DNA from: Pseudomonas fluorescens
Lineage (GTDB): Bacteria; Pseudomonadota; Alphaproteobacteria; UBA2136; UBA6156
Direction: 5' to 3'
DNA: 64,000 nt
NCBI GenBank assembly: GCA_003241595.1
Contig: QFOU01000001.1
Span: 2,757 to 66,756, forward strand
The notes beneath the pieces are model-generated. The model made no database searches and was not told the DNA's origin. It saw only the letters and a list, made by a program, of their open reading frames with translations. Made by a program: the position numbers and the translations under genes. Each line of letters opens with the position of its first letter. Positions within the stretch are counted from its first letter, which is position 1. This document shows, piece after piece, positions 37,036 to 46,814 of the stretch.

Positions 37036-39621
37036 ATGGTGAAAGAAGACACTCCGTTAATGCGTCAGTACACGGCGGCGAAAGCGCAGCACCCGGATGC
37101 CATCGTATTTTTGCGGATGGGGGACTTTTACGAAATGTGGGGCGACGATGCCATTGCCGGTAGCGAAGCCATGCAGATCACGCTAACCCGTCGGCGCAGT
37201 GCCAAGGAAGGCGATGAAGGGATTCCGATGTGCGGTGTGCCGCACCATGCGGCGGAGGGGTATATCGGCAAGTTGCTCCAGCAGGGATTCAAGGTGGCGC
37301 TGGTGGAGCAGATGGAGTCTCCGGAAGAGGCCAAGAAAGCCCGTGGCAGTGGGGCGGTGGTACGCCGTGAAGTGGTGCGATTGTTTACGCCGGGCACGCT
37401 GACCGAGGATGCGTATCTGGGTGGGAATGCGGCGAAGTATCTGGTGTCGGTGGGATTCAACAGTGGTGGCGAGCGTCCGGAAGGTGCGGTGAGCTGGCTG
37501 GACATGAGCACCGGTGACGTGGGTGTGCGCGTGGTAACGGGGGCCAATGTAGCCAGCGTGCTGGCCGCGTTGCCGATCGGGGAAATTGTAGTGGGCGACC
37601 ATGTGGATGAGGCGTGGTTGGCCGGTATCTCGCGCCGGTTGGTGAATGCCCAGAGCGGTTTGTTTGCACGCAGTACGGCGGAAGCGGCGATCAAGCGCGC
37701 GTATGGCGTGGGTGATTTGGGCGGGCTTGGGTTGCCGAACGACGCGGCGATTGCGACTGTAGGTGCGTTGATCGGGTACGCGGAACTGACGCAGGTGGGC
37801 AAATTGCCGGGGTTGCGGATGCCGGCGGTTGTGACCGGACGCAGCCGGATGAGCATTGATCCTTCCACACGGAAGAATCTGGAGTTGACCGAGAGTTTGG
37901 GTGGCAAGCGCGCGGACAGCCTGCTCGGGATTCTGGACAAATGCGTGACCGGTGCCGGTGCGCGGTTGCTGGCGCGCTGGGTGGCCGAGCCGTTGCTGGA
38001 TGTGAGTGAGATTACGCGGCGGCAGGATGCGGTAGCGCAGTTGGCGGCCCCCGCCCTGCGAACTCAGGTGCGTGATCTGTTACGCGATACGGGCGATGTG
38101 GCGCGGTGTGTGAGCCGTCTGCTGTTGGGACGTGGTGGGCCACGGGATCTGGGTGTGCTACGGGCCACCGGTGCGGCGTTGCCGAAGTTGCAAAATGCTT
38201 TGGCAGGATGTGACGGGCTGTTGAAGGTTCAGGTGGAAGGCATGGCCGGACTGGAGCCACTGACCGAGTTGTTGAGCCGTGCGTTGGCGGAAGAGCCCCT
38301 GCCCGCGTTGGTACGTGATGGTGGATTTGTGGCCGATGGCTATGACACAGATTTGGATGCGTACCGTGTATTGGTGACCGATGGCAACCGGTTATTGCAG
38401 GAGTTGGAGGCGCGGGAAAGCGCTTCGGGGATTCCCTTAAAACTGCGGTATAACCAAGTGTGGGGATATTACCTCGAAATTACCAAGCAACATGAGAGCA
38501 AGGTGCCCAGCCACTGGTTGCACCGCCAGACGACGACGCAGACGCACCGGTATTCCACGCCGGAATTGATGAGTTTGGAGCGCGAGCTGGGCAGTGCCGG
38601 GGCCAAGGCGCAGAAGCGTGAGGAAGAGATTCTGGCGCAGTTGGTGGATGGCGTGCGCGGAGCGAGTTATCCGTTACTTTCCGCCAGTGAAGCGTTGGCC
38701 ACGCTGGATGTATTAGCGGGCATGGCGGAAGTGGCCGTGCGGCATGGCTGGGTGCGTCCGGTGGTGGATGACAGCAGCGCGTTCGTCATCGAAGGCGGAT
38801 GCCACCCTGTGGTTTCCAGCAAGGTCAGTGAGTTTGTGCCGAACGGATGTGAGCTTTCCGGTGGGCAGTTGTGGTTGCTGACGGGTCCGAACATGGCGGG
38901 TAAGAGTACTTTCCTGCGGCAGAACGCGTTGCTGACCATTCTGGCGCAGATGGGTAGTTTTGTGCCGGCCAAAGCCGCGCATATCGGGGTAGCGGATGCG
39001 GTGTTCTCCCGTATTGGTGCTGCCGATGACCTGGCGGCGGGGCAGAGTACCTTCATGGTGGAAATGGTGGAGACGGCGCAGATTCTGAACCGTGCGACCA
39101 GCCGGAGCCTGGTGATTCTGGACGAATTAGGCCGTGGCACCGCAACCTATGACGGGTTGGCGATCGCGTGGGCCTGTGTGGAAGATGTGGTGAGCCGGAT
39201 TGGCTGCCGCACGCTGTTTGCCACCCACTATCATGAGCTGACCGCGTTGGAAGCGCAGATGGACAACGTAAGTTGCTGGCAGGTGGCCGTGCGCGAGTGG
39301 AAGGGCGAGATCGTCTTCCTGCATGAAGTGAAGCGCGGGGCCGCGGCGGGCAGTTATGGCGTGCAGGTGGCGAAGTTGGCCGGTGTGCCGAACCAAGTGG
39401 TGAAACGCGCGGACAGCTTGCTGGACGGATTCCTGAAAGTGGCGCGCAACAAGGGTGTGGTGCGGGTGGATGAGTTGAGTTTGTTCAGCGCTCCCGTGGC
39501 CACACCGGTGGCGCTGATGAAGACCGAGGTGGAAGAGCGGTTGAAGGGGCTGGATGTGGATGGGCTAAGTGCGCGGGAGGCGTTGGAGGAGTTGTATAAG
39601 CTGCGGGGGATGGTGAATTAG
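37036..39621 (+). CDS. mutS: DNA mismatch repair protein MutS
   Basis: N-terminal mismatch-binding domain (FYEMWGDDA). Walker A GPNMAGKST. 861 aa. Confidence 0.95.
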   Translation: MVKEDTPLMRQYTAAKAQHPDAIVFLRMGDFYEMWGDDAIAGSEAMQITLTRRRSAKEGDEGIPMCGVPHHAAEGYIGKLLQQGFKVALVEQMESPEEAKKARGSGAVVRREVVRLFTPGTLTEDAYLGGNAAKYLVSVGFNSGGERPEGAVSWLDMSTGDVGVRVVTGANVASVLAALPIGEIVVGDHVDEAWLAGISRRLVNAQSGLFARSTAEAAIKRAYGVGDLGGLGLPNDAAIATVGALIGYAELTQVGKLPGLRMPAVVTGRSRMSIDPSTRKNLELTESLGGKRADSLLGILDKCVTGAGARLLARWVAEPLLDVSEITRRQDAVAQLAAPALRTQVRDLLRDTGDVARCVSRLLLGRGGPRDLGVLRATGAALPKLQNALAGCDGLLKVQVEGMAGLEPLTELLSRALAEEPLPALVRDGGFVADGYDTDLDAYRVLVTDGNRLLQELEARESASGIPLKLRYNQVWGYYLEITKQHESKVPSHWLHRQTTTQTHRYSTPELMSLERELGSAGAKAQKREEEILAQLVDGVRGASYPLLSASEALATLDVLAGMAEVAVRHGWVRPVVDDSSAFVIEGGCHPVVSSKVSEFVPNGCELSGGQLWLLTGPNMAGKSTFLRQNALLTILAQMGSFVPAKAAHIGVADAVFSRIGAADDLAAGQSTFMVEMVETAQILNRATSRSLVILDELGRGTATYDGLAIAWACVEDVVSRIGCRTLFATHYHELTALEAQMDNVSCWQVAVREWKGEIVFLHEVKRGAAAGSYGVQVAKLAGVPNQVVKRADSLLDGFLKVARNKGVVRVDELSLFSAPVATPVALMKTEVEERLKGLDVDGLSAREALEELYKLRGMVN

Positions 39622-39680
39622 GAAAACCGGCTGCACCTTTCGGGCAGCCGGTTTTTTCAGAGATAAACAATACTCGATAA

Positions 39681-40076
39681 TCAAGCTGCTTTGGGCTTGG
39701 CGAGTGGCGACTCGGCGGGGACGATGATGCGGCCGACTTCGTTGACGATATAGTGGACGCGGCCATTTTCGATACGCTGATAGACTGAATCCGGGTACCC
39801 TTTGTGGATGCGGCCCGACAGCTTGGACAGGGTTTCTGGAGCCGTGATCTCCATATCGGCAATGGTGACTACGCCGGGAATCGGCCACTGGCTGACGATG
39901 TAGACCTCTGCTTCGACCGCCACCATGACCACCTGAGTGGCACTGAGCACCTCGTTCAGATGCTTGTCCATCCAGTCGGTCTCGCAATTGTTGGCAAAAT
40001 CGGCCGTAATCTTGGTGCCCGATACGGTGAGGCCGTAGACGATGAGAGGTTCAATCCACTTTTTCTCGGAAGTCAT
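39681..40076 (-). CDS. Hypothetical cytoplasmic protein (131 aa)
   Basis: ORF only. Followed downstream on the same strand by a mutS-convergent terminator. No motif recognised. Confidence 0.4.
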   Translation of the reverse strand: MTSEKKWIEPLIVYGLTVSGTKITADFANNCETDWMDKHLNEVLSATQVVMVAVEAEVYIVSQWPIPGVVTIADMEITAPETLSKLSGRIHKGYPDSVYQRIENGRVHYIVNEVGRIIVPAESPLAKPKAA

Positions 40077-40235
40077 GACATGTCCTTTCGTGTCAAAGGC
40101 TCCGTTGCGGAGCCGTGAGGGTGGGCTCCGCAGCGTTCAAAACGATGCGAATTAGGGTAAGTATGGGTCTGGTGGCGGGATTTGCAAGAGACAACAATCG
40201 GCCACTCCTTACGGGGTGGCCGATTGTTATGAAGA

Positions 40236-40742
40236 TTAGCGAGAAGCCTTGGTGAGAAGGAAAATTTCTTTCTCGATCTTCTGCTTGATCCATTCGTTTT
40301 TCAGAGCCTGGAGCTTGGCCGGTACGCAGACGATTTCCAGCGTAGGGATTTCCTCGTGCTTAGGGTACTTTATCCTCGCTGCGGAGCGATTATAAGTCTC
40401 GTAGGCCTTTTGCCATTCTCTGGACTTTTCCTTGCCATCATTCGGGTAGCGCCCCTCTTTGCGAAGGAGCGCATCGGCCGCCTTGAACTCGATCCAAGTG
40501 GTATAGTCTCGACAACTGGTTTGCGTGGCCGGTGCCCCAAAGGCGGTGTCGAGTTCGCGCGTGCGGCATTCGGTATAGGCGGTTTTCGAGACTTCCAAGA
40601 ATGCATAGAGGCATTCCAGATCGTTCAGATTGCCGACAGCAATCGTGAGGGTGACTGTGTAGTCTTTAGCGGTGGGTTCGGCCTGCGCCGATGCGACCAT
40701 CAGGGAGAGGAGAGTTGCGGCTGCGATGAGAAGCTTGTTCAT
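40236..40742 (-). CDS. Hypothetical secreted protein with 4 Cys (signal MNKLLIAAATLLSLMVASAQA)
   Basis: Clear Sec signal peptide. Lys/Glu-rich mature part. Confidence 0.45.
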   Translation of the reverse strand: MNKLLIAAATLLSLMVASAQAEPTAKDYTVTLTIAVGNLNDLECLYAFLEVSKTAYTECRTRELDTAFGAPATQTSCRDYTTWIEFKAADALLRKEGRYPNDGKEKSREWQKAYETYNRSAARIKYPKHEEIPTLEIVCVPAKLQALKNEWIKQKIEKEIFLLTKASR

Positions 40743-40888
40743 GGTATTTCTCCAAAAAGCGGGCTCCATCTGTGGAGCCTTGGTTGACTCCACCGCGTAA
40801 AAACGGTTCGAATTGAAAAAAGTATGGGGCTGGTGGGCGGATTTGCAAGGTGGTAGGGTGCGGCGGTAACAAGAGGTGATTCTCCCCC

Positions 40889-42508
40889 ATGGCGATTTTG
40901 AAGAATTCGGTGATTGTGGCGTTTTGGACGGCGGCGAGCCGCGGGTTGGGATTTGCGCGGGATTTATTGATCGCCAACAAGCTGGGGGCCGGAACGGCGG
41001 CGGATGCCTTCTTCATTGCGCTGATGTTGCCGAACCTGTTGCGGCGGTTGTTTGGAGAAGGGGCCTTCAATGTGGCCTTCGTGCCGCTGCTGGCAAGGCA
41101 CAAGGCCAAGAGCCGTGAAGATGCGCTGGCGTTTGCCAGTGCCACGTTGAGCTGGTTGCTGCCTGTGGTGAGTGTGGTGACGGTGCTGGGTGTCATTTTC
41201 ATGCCGGTGCTCGTGACGGTTCTGGCGAGCGGGTGGGTGAACCAGCCGGAGAAGTTCGATCTGGCGGTGGAGTTGGGGCGGATCACGTTCCCGTATCTGG
41301 GTTTGATTACGCTGGCGGCGTTTTTGGGGGCGGTGTGCAATACCTTCGGTCAATTCGCAGCCTACGCGATGGTGCCCGCCTTGCTGAACCTGAGCATCTT
41401 GTTGTGTCTGTTCGCGCTGCCCAACGGCGGGATGCGTCCGGAAGAGGCGGCCGCATGGGCGATTCCGCTGGGGGGTGTGGGGCAGGCCATTTACATGCTG
41501 TGGGCCGTGAAGAAGATGGGCCTGAAGCTGACCCTGACATGGCTACCGAAACACGTTGACCTGAAGAAGGTACTGACCCGCATGGGGCCTGCAGCGGTGG
41601 GTGTGGGCGTGCTTCAGTTGAGCCTGATCATTGATAATACCGCCGCGAGTTACCTCGGCGATGGTACCATCGCCTACCTGCAATACGCCAACCGCTTTTA
41701 CCAGTTGCCGCTGGCGTTGATCGGGATTGCAGTGGCGACGGTGCTGCTGCCGCATCTTTCCGTATTGCTGGGTGAAGGCAACAAGGACGCCGCGACCCGC
41801 AGCTTTACCAATGCCATGGCGGGATGCCTGGCGCTGGCGTTGGGAAGTTGTGTGGGGTTGTTCCTGTTGGCGCCCGAGATGATGTTGGCGTTGCTGAAAC
41901 ACGGTGAAATGAGCAGTTTTGCCGCGCAGGCGATTGCGTGGACGATGATGGGGTATGTCATTGGATTGCCCGCGTACATTGTAACCAAGGTGACCGCACC
42001 GGCATTCTTTGCGGCGGAAGATCCGGTGAGTCCGGTCAAGGCGGGGGCCTATGCGCTGCTGGTGAATGGAGCGATCAATGTGGTGATGGTACTGGTGTGG
42101 CAAGCCGGGTATTTGCAGGATACGGCGTTCATCGGGATTGCGATCGCTACCGCCATTGGCGGCTATGTGAATGCCGCCCTGCAATGGCACTGGTTGAACA
42201 AAAAAGGCGTGATGGCGGTCGACGTGCCCGCCTTGCGCAACAAGGTGGGCAAGATGCTGGCGGTAAGTGGCGCCATGGGTGCCGTGCTGTTGCTGGCCAA
42301 ATTCGCCATCCCCTTCCCCGACAGTTCGCACTTCATCCTGCGTCTGATCTGGCTGGTGGCGGTGATGGGCCTGGGTGGCGTGGTGTTCGTGGCTGGTATC
42401 GAGTATTCCGGCCTGCTGAATCTGCGCACGGTCGTGAAAGACATGCGCAACCGCCGCAAAATGAAGGTGACCGGCAAGGAAACCGTGGATATGCGCGGAG
42501 ATATGTAA
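40889..42508 (+). CDS. murJ: Lipid II flippase MurJ (MviN)
   Basis: N-terminal SRGLGFARDLLIA..LG...DAFF motif. 14 TM. 539 aa. Confidence 0.9.
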   Translation: MAILKNSVIVAFWTAASRGLGFARDLLIANKLGAGTAADAFFIALMLPNLLRRLFGEGAFNVAFVPLLARHKAKSREDALAFASATLSWLLPVVSVVTVLGVIFMPVLVTVLASGWVNQPEKFDLAVELGRITFPYLGLITLAAFLGAVCNTFGQFAAYAMVPALLNLSILLCLFALPNGGMRPEEAAAWAIPLGGVGQAIYMLWAVKKMGLKLTLTWLPKHVDLKKVLTRMGPAAVGVGVLQLSLIIDNTAASYLGDGTIAYLQYANRFYQLPLALIGIAVATVLLPHLSVLLGEGNKDAATRSFTNAMAGCLALALGSCVGLFLLAPEMMLALLKHGEMSSFAAQAIAWTMMGYVIGLPAYIVTKVTAPAFFAAEDPVSPVKAGAYALLVNGAINVVMVLVWQAGYLQDTAFIGIAIATAIGGYVNAALQWHWLNKKGVMAVDVPALRNKVGKMLAVSGAMGAVLLLAKFAIPFPDSSHFILRLIWLVAVMGLGGVVFVAGIEYSGLLNLRTVVKDMRNRRKMKVTGKETVDMRGDM

Positions 42509-42546
42509 CAGTGAAAAGAGCACCGGACGGGTGCTCTTTTTTTGGG

Positions 42547-43191
42547 TTATTTGCGGCGGAGGCGGAGCAGGCAGAGGATGGGGAAGGCAATAGCCATACC
42601 GAGCCATTGGAGGGCGTAGGAGAGGTGTTTGGTGGGCGCTGGGAGCGGTGGCGGGACGGCCGTGAGTTCCGGTGACGTGGCGGTGCGGGTGATGAGGTAG
42701 ACGGGTTGGGTGTCGCTGATGATGAGCGCGGGGTTGAGATAGGCGAGCAGGCGCGGGTGGGTGGTGACATCCGGCCCCTGAAGCCAGCCCTTACGTTGCG
42801 GGAAGGGTTGGAGGTAGCCGGTGAGGGTGGCGGAGGTTTCGGTGGGTTTGAAGCTGGCGAAATCTGGCCCTTGGTTGGGTTTGAAGCGGGGGTGGGTGAA
42901 GCCGCGATCGACAATGATCGTACCACTGGCGGTACGCAGCGGGGTGAGGATGCGCCAACCGAGGTCGGACTCCGGATTGAGCGGATTGGGCTGGTTGGTG
43001 AGGGCATAGGTATGAGCGGGCAACCACTCGCCGGTGAGCGCCACGGGTAGGCGGGCGGCGACCTCGGCCTGCAAGGCCAGGCGCTGGTGGTAACGGTTCC
43101 ATTGCCAGTGGGCGAGGCTGAGCAATCCGGCTTCGACCGCGAGGGCGAGGACACTTAAAAAAAATATCGTCGGAACGTAAGGAATTTTCAT
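42547..43191 (-). CDS. SURF1-family cytochrome oxidase assembly protein
   Basis: N-terminal TM. WQWNRY.QR opening. C-terminal HLSYALQWLGMA plus TM, typical of SURF1/Shy1. Confidence 0.7.
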   Translation of the reverse strand: MKIPYVPTIFFLSVLALAVEAGLLSLAHWQWNRYHQRLALQAEVAARLPVALTGEWLPAHTYALTNQPNPLNPESDLGWRILTPLRTASGTIIVDRGFTHPRFKPNQGPDFASFKPTETSATLTGYLQPFPQRKGWLQGPDVTTHPRLLAYLNPALIISDTQPVYLITRTATSPELTAVPPPLPAPTKHLSYALQWLGMAIAFPILCLLRLRRK

Positions 43192-43257
43192 GCCTTAACA
43201 TTGCGTGTTGGCGCACAGAATGGCAAGCTGCCAAACGAAACGACGACAAGGGTATTT

Positions 43258-44364
43258 ATGGGCCTCACCAAACAACAACAAATGGCGATTTTCCTCACGG
43301 TTCTGATAGTGGGTGGCGTGTTGTTGTTTCTGGATTCGGTCAGCGGCATGCTGTTGCCGTTTGCGGTCGGGATTGTTCTGGCCTACCTGCTGAACCCGTT
43401 AGTGAGCCGTTTGCACCAATACCGCGTACCGCGTGCGCTGGGCAGCGCCCTGCTGGTGGCAGCGGCCATCAGCCTGCTGGGTATGGGTTTGATTTTGGGC
43501 GTGCCGTTGCTGATTGAACAACTGGCGAGCTTCCTTCAGCGTTTGCCGGTGTATTTGATGACGTTGCAGCACTTTGTAATTCCTAACAAGTTGGGCAATC
43601 TGAGTGGGTTGTTTGATGTGAAATTGACGGCGGAGAACCTGTTGCGTCCGCTGGGGATGATCGGGGCCAAGGGGGCCGAGTGGACCGTGCAGGCCATGCA
43701 GAGCGCACTGAACGGTGTGGCGTGGCTGGTGAACGTGACGCTGCTTATCGTGATGACGCCGGTGGTGGCGTTCTATTTCCTTATTGATTGGCCGCATATC
43801 AGCCAATCCGCCTTCATGCAGTTGCCCAAGCGTTGGCGTAAGAACGCACAGACCATTGCACAGGACATTGATGTCAAACTCGCGGCCTATCTGCGCGGGA
43901 CGATGGCGGTGTGTGTTTCGCTGGGTGCCTTTTATGCCGTGGCCATTTCCGGCATGGGCTGGATGGCGACGTTGCTGGCAGGGCGTCCGGTCGATACCCT
44001 TGAAATGGGATGGGCCATCGGTTTGATCACCGGAATTTTGACCTTCCTGCCCGTGATCGGCGGCACCATAGGTGTGGCGCTGATGTTTGGTGTGGCGTTG
44101 ATCCAGTACCAGCTCCAGATGTGGGAGCCCTACGTTCTGCTGGGCGTGATCTATATGGTCGGGCAGTTCCTTGAGGGTTACGTGTTCACCCCGATGCTGG
44201 TGGGCAACCGTGTGGGTCTGCATCCGCTGTGGGTGATGTTTGCCCTGCTGGCCGGTGCAACACTGGGCGGTATCCTCGGTATGATGTTGGCCATCCCTAC
44301 CGCCGTGGTGATGAGCGTGATCCTGCCGCGCGTATTGGCGCAGTGGCGCTCGTCCATCGACTAG
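43258..44364 (+). CDS. AI-2E family transporter (PerM/UPF0118)
   Basis: 8 TM. LPFAVGIVLAYLLNP block. About 370 aa. Confidence 0.8.
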   Translation: MGLTKQQQMAIFLTVLIVGGVLLFLDSVSGMLLPFAVGIVLAYLLNPLVSRLHQYRVPRALGSALLVAAAISLLGMGLILGVPLLIEQLASFLQRLPVYLMTLQHFVIPNKLGNLSGLFDVKLTAENLLRPLGMIGAKGAEWTVQAMQSALNGVAWLVNVTLLIVMTPVVAFYFLIDWPHISQSAFMQLPKRWRKNAQTIAQDIDVKLAAYLRGTMAVCVSLGAFYAVAISGMGWMATLLAGRPVDTLEMGWAIGLITGILTFLPVIGGTIGVALMFGVALIQYQLQMWEPYVLLGVIYMVGQFLEGYVFTPMLVGNRVGLHPLWVMFALLAGATLGGILGMMLAIPTAVVMSVILPRVLAQWRSSID

Positions 44365-44459
44365 TTTGCACCACGTAGCGGGTGCTTTTGCAGGCAAGGT
44401 AGTTGCTGTGAGAGTGTGAAGTGCTATGCTGGCCTCAAGATAAGAGGGAGGCGACGGCC

Positions 44460-45065
44460 ATGACCACGACCTATTTGGGATTTTTGATGAACCGCACCAC
44501 GCGTGAAGAGTTTGTGGCGCCTGTGAATGCCACCAGCGTGGACATGGCCCGTATGGAGTTGTTTGCGGTTTATCCCGACGCCCACTACGCCCTGTTGACC
44601 GTGTACACCAAGACCGAGATCGAGCATGTACTGGCGGGTGTTGAGCGCTGGCCCGGCTTGCCGAGCAAGATCCAGGAACCCGTGGAAGTAAAAAGCGCGC
44701 CCGTGCGGATTTCCACCGGTGGCCTGCCGCCCCTGCCCGGCCAAGTGACGGCGACTGTGCAGAAGGTGGATGCGACCACCGACACCACCGGTATGCCCGG
44801 TTGGATGAAGAGTTTTGTGCAACAACAGGAAGCCGCCACCAAGAGTGCGGCCAAAGTGGCTGCTAAACCGGCTGCCGTACAGCCGATGGAAGCCGCGATC
44901 TTCCAGCCCAAGTCTTCGATGCCGCCGGCCAGTTTGATCGAGCGCCTGAAGGCCGCCAAGGGTGAGACCATGGCGCGTCCGAGTGTGAGTGCGCCTGCGT
45001 TTGCACCTCAAGCGCCTACGGCCAAGGGCAGTGTCATTGATATTCTCAAGGGCATGAAGAAATAG
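44460..45065 (+). CDS. Hypothetical protein: about 70 aa N-terminal globular part plus Ala/Pro/Lys-rich low-complexity tail
   Basis: ORF followed by a bidirectional terminator (AAACCCGCC-GGTG-GGCGGGTTTTT, 45082-45105). Confidence 0.4.
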   Translation: MTTTYLGFLMNRTTREEFVAPVNATSVDMARMELFAVYPDAHYALLTVYTKTEIEHVLAGVERWPGLPSKIQEPVEVKSAPVRISTGGLPPLPGQVTATVQKVDATTDTTGMPGWMKSFVQQQEAATKSAAKVAAKPAAVQPMEAAIFQPKSSMPPASLIERLKAAKGETMARPSVSAPAFAPQAPTAKGSVIDILKGMKK

Positions 45066-45106
45066 TCTTCTGCCAAGACAAAACCCGCCGGTGGGCGGGT
45101 TTTTCT

Positions 45107-45577
45107 TTAGTTAAGTTCGGCGCGGAGTTTCATCCAGAGTTTGCCCATCTGGTTTTGGCCGCTGCCATCGGTGCCGGTACCCCAGTAGGGGTCAGTAGCA
45201 ATTTCTTTCAGAAGGCTGCGGTTGCCGGTGAGTTTGAGGATCTCAAGCACGTGCGGGTGTTGGGCGAGTTTGGCGCGGAAGAGCTCTTCCATCACGGCGT
45301 CTTTATCGAAGCTTGGGTTAAGTACCCCTTCCCGCTTTTTGAAGATGTGCGAGATGTGGAGACATTCCATGGGGCTTTTGGCGGCCTTGACCGCATCCTT
45401 CTCGGGACCCGGATTGTAACGCGCCCAGTGGTAGGCGTGCTCGACGGTGGCAAAGGATTCACCCCAGATCTCAATCTGGTGCGCGGAGAATGGTGAGAGG
45501 TAATGCCAGATATGCTCGATGAAATTAATCGGGCGGTCGTCGACCATAGGGATGGGTGGGAGCTCGGAGAGGTTCAT
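45107..45577 (-). CDS. NADAR (YbiA-like, DUF1768) family N-glycosidase
   Basis: Conserved FSAHQIEIWGESFATVEHAYHWARY and DPYWG blocks of the NADAR fold. Confidence 0.7.
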   Translation of the reverse strand: MNLSELPPIPMVDDRPINFIEHIWHYLSPFSAHQIEIWGESFATVEHAYHWARYNPGPEKDAVKAAKSPMECLHISHIFKKREGVLNPSFDKDAVMEELFRAKLAQHPHVLEILKLTGNRSLLKEIATDPYWGTGTDGSGQNQMGKLWMKLRAELN

Positions 45578-45591
45578 ATTGGTATTCTAAC

Positions 45592-46683
45592 TTATTCCTG
45601 AGCGGCGTCTATGTGGCCATCCTTCATCTGCACGATATGGAGGCCGGGAAGTGGGGTGACGGGAACATCGGTATCGGTGAGCCAGATCTGGCAGCCGGAG
45701 GCGAGCAGGGTTTCGATGAGAAGCGCGCGGCGGGGGGCGTCGAGGTGCGCGGAGAACTCGTCGATCAGAACTAATGGGGGACGTTTTTGGGCTTCGGTGA
45801 GCAGTTTGACGTGCCCCACAAGCCAATGGATGAGGCCGCGCTTGTGCTGGCCGGAGGAGGCTTGTGAGAGGGGGATCTGCTGGCCGGATTCGAGGGTAAG
45901 GACACCGGTGAGTTCGAGTGTATTCGGGCCGGCGTGGGTGCGGCCCATGCGCGTGTCGATCTCGCGCGAGCGTTCAAACTTGCCTTTGAGGGCCATGGTG
46001 GGATTTTCCGATTCCATGATCTCCAGTGCGTTGCCGGAGAGGTCCAGCGTGAGGTTGCTGAGGTGCGGCTGGAGGCGCTGAAGGTATTCGATGCGGTGGC
46101 GGAGGACCTGCACGCCCCACTCGGCGGCGAGGCGCTCTTCGGCGTCCAGCCAATCGGAGCTATAGGCACCCCCCTGCCCGTTCTGAAGCAGTTTCAGGCG
46201 GGATTGGCGGTGTTGAGTAAAGCGGCTAACGGCATTAGCGTGGACGGGCAGCAGCGCGGTGGTGAGGTCATCCAGCCAGCGGCGGCGGTTGGCGGGGGTG
46301 CCGGAGAAGAGGAAGTCGGTATTCGGGGTGAGCCAGACGACGCTGCCATGGCGGGCGGTGGCTTCCAGCGCTTCCTTGTGGCCGTCGATGTGGAGGAGGC
46401 GTTCCGACTTGCGGTAGACTTGGCCGAGTTCGGCACCGGTGTGGAGTCGCGCCCAGATACCCCACTCCCGACTGGAGCCATTTGGGCCTTGGCGGATCTG
46501 GGATTTACCGTCGGAGGCGAGCAGGCCGCGGGTGGGGGTGAGGAGCGAGAGGGCTTCCAGCACCGAGGTCTTGCCGCTGCCGTTGGTACCGATGAGGGCG
46601 ATGAGGTGGGCGCTTTCCGGCAGCGTGAGTTTCAGACTCTCGAGATTGCGGAAGTTGGAGAGTTTGAGTTGAGTGAGGCGCAT
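45592..46683 (-). CDS. recF: DNA replication and repair protein RecF
   Basis: Walker A GTNGSGKTS. SMC-like signature and D-loop near the C-terminus. Directly downstream of dnaN. Confidence 0.9.
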   Translation of the reverse strand: MRLTQLKLSNFRNLESLKLTLPESAHLIALIGTNGSGKTSVLEALSLLTPTRGLLASDGKSQIRQGPNGSSREWGIWARLHTGAELGQVYRKSERLLHIDGHKEALEATARHGSVVWLTPNTDFLFSGTPANRRRWLDDLTTALLPVHANAVSRFTQHRQSRLKLLQNGQGGAYSSDWLDAEERLAAEWGVQVLRHRIEYLQRLQPHLSNLTLDLSGNALEIMESENPTMALKGKFERSREIDTRMGRTHAGPNTLELTGVLTLESGQQIPLSQASSGQHKRGLIHWLVGHVKLLTEAQKRPPLVLIDEFSAHLDAPRRALLIETLLASGCQIWLTDTDVPVTPLPGLHIVQMKDGHIDAAQE

Positions 46684-46814
46684 ACGGTTTTATAGCATAG
46701 TTTGATAAAAAAGGACGGCTTTGGCCGTCCTTCTTGCTCTTCCCTGTATTCTTGGCTCTTGTGGCCCTTTTGTTCGTACCGGGTGGCTGGTTCAGGCCAG
46801 CTCTTGTTCGGTTA

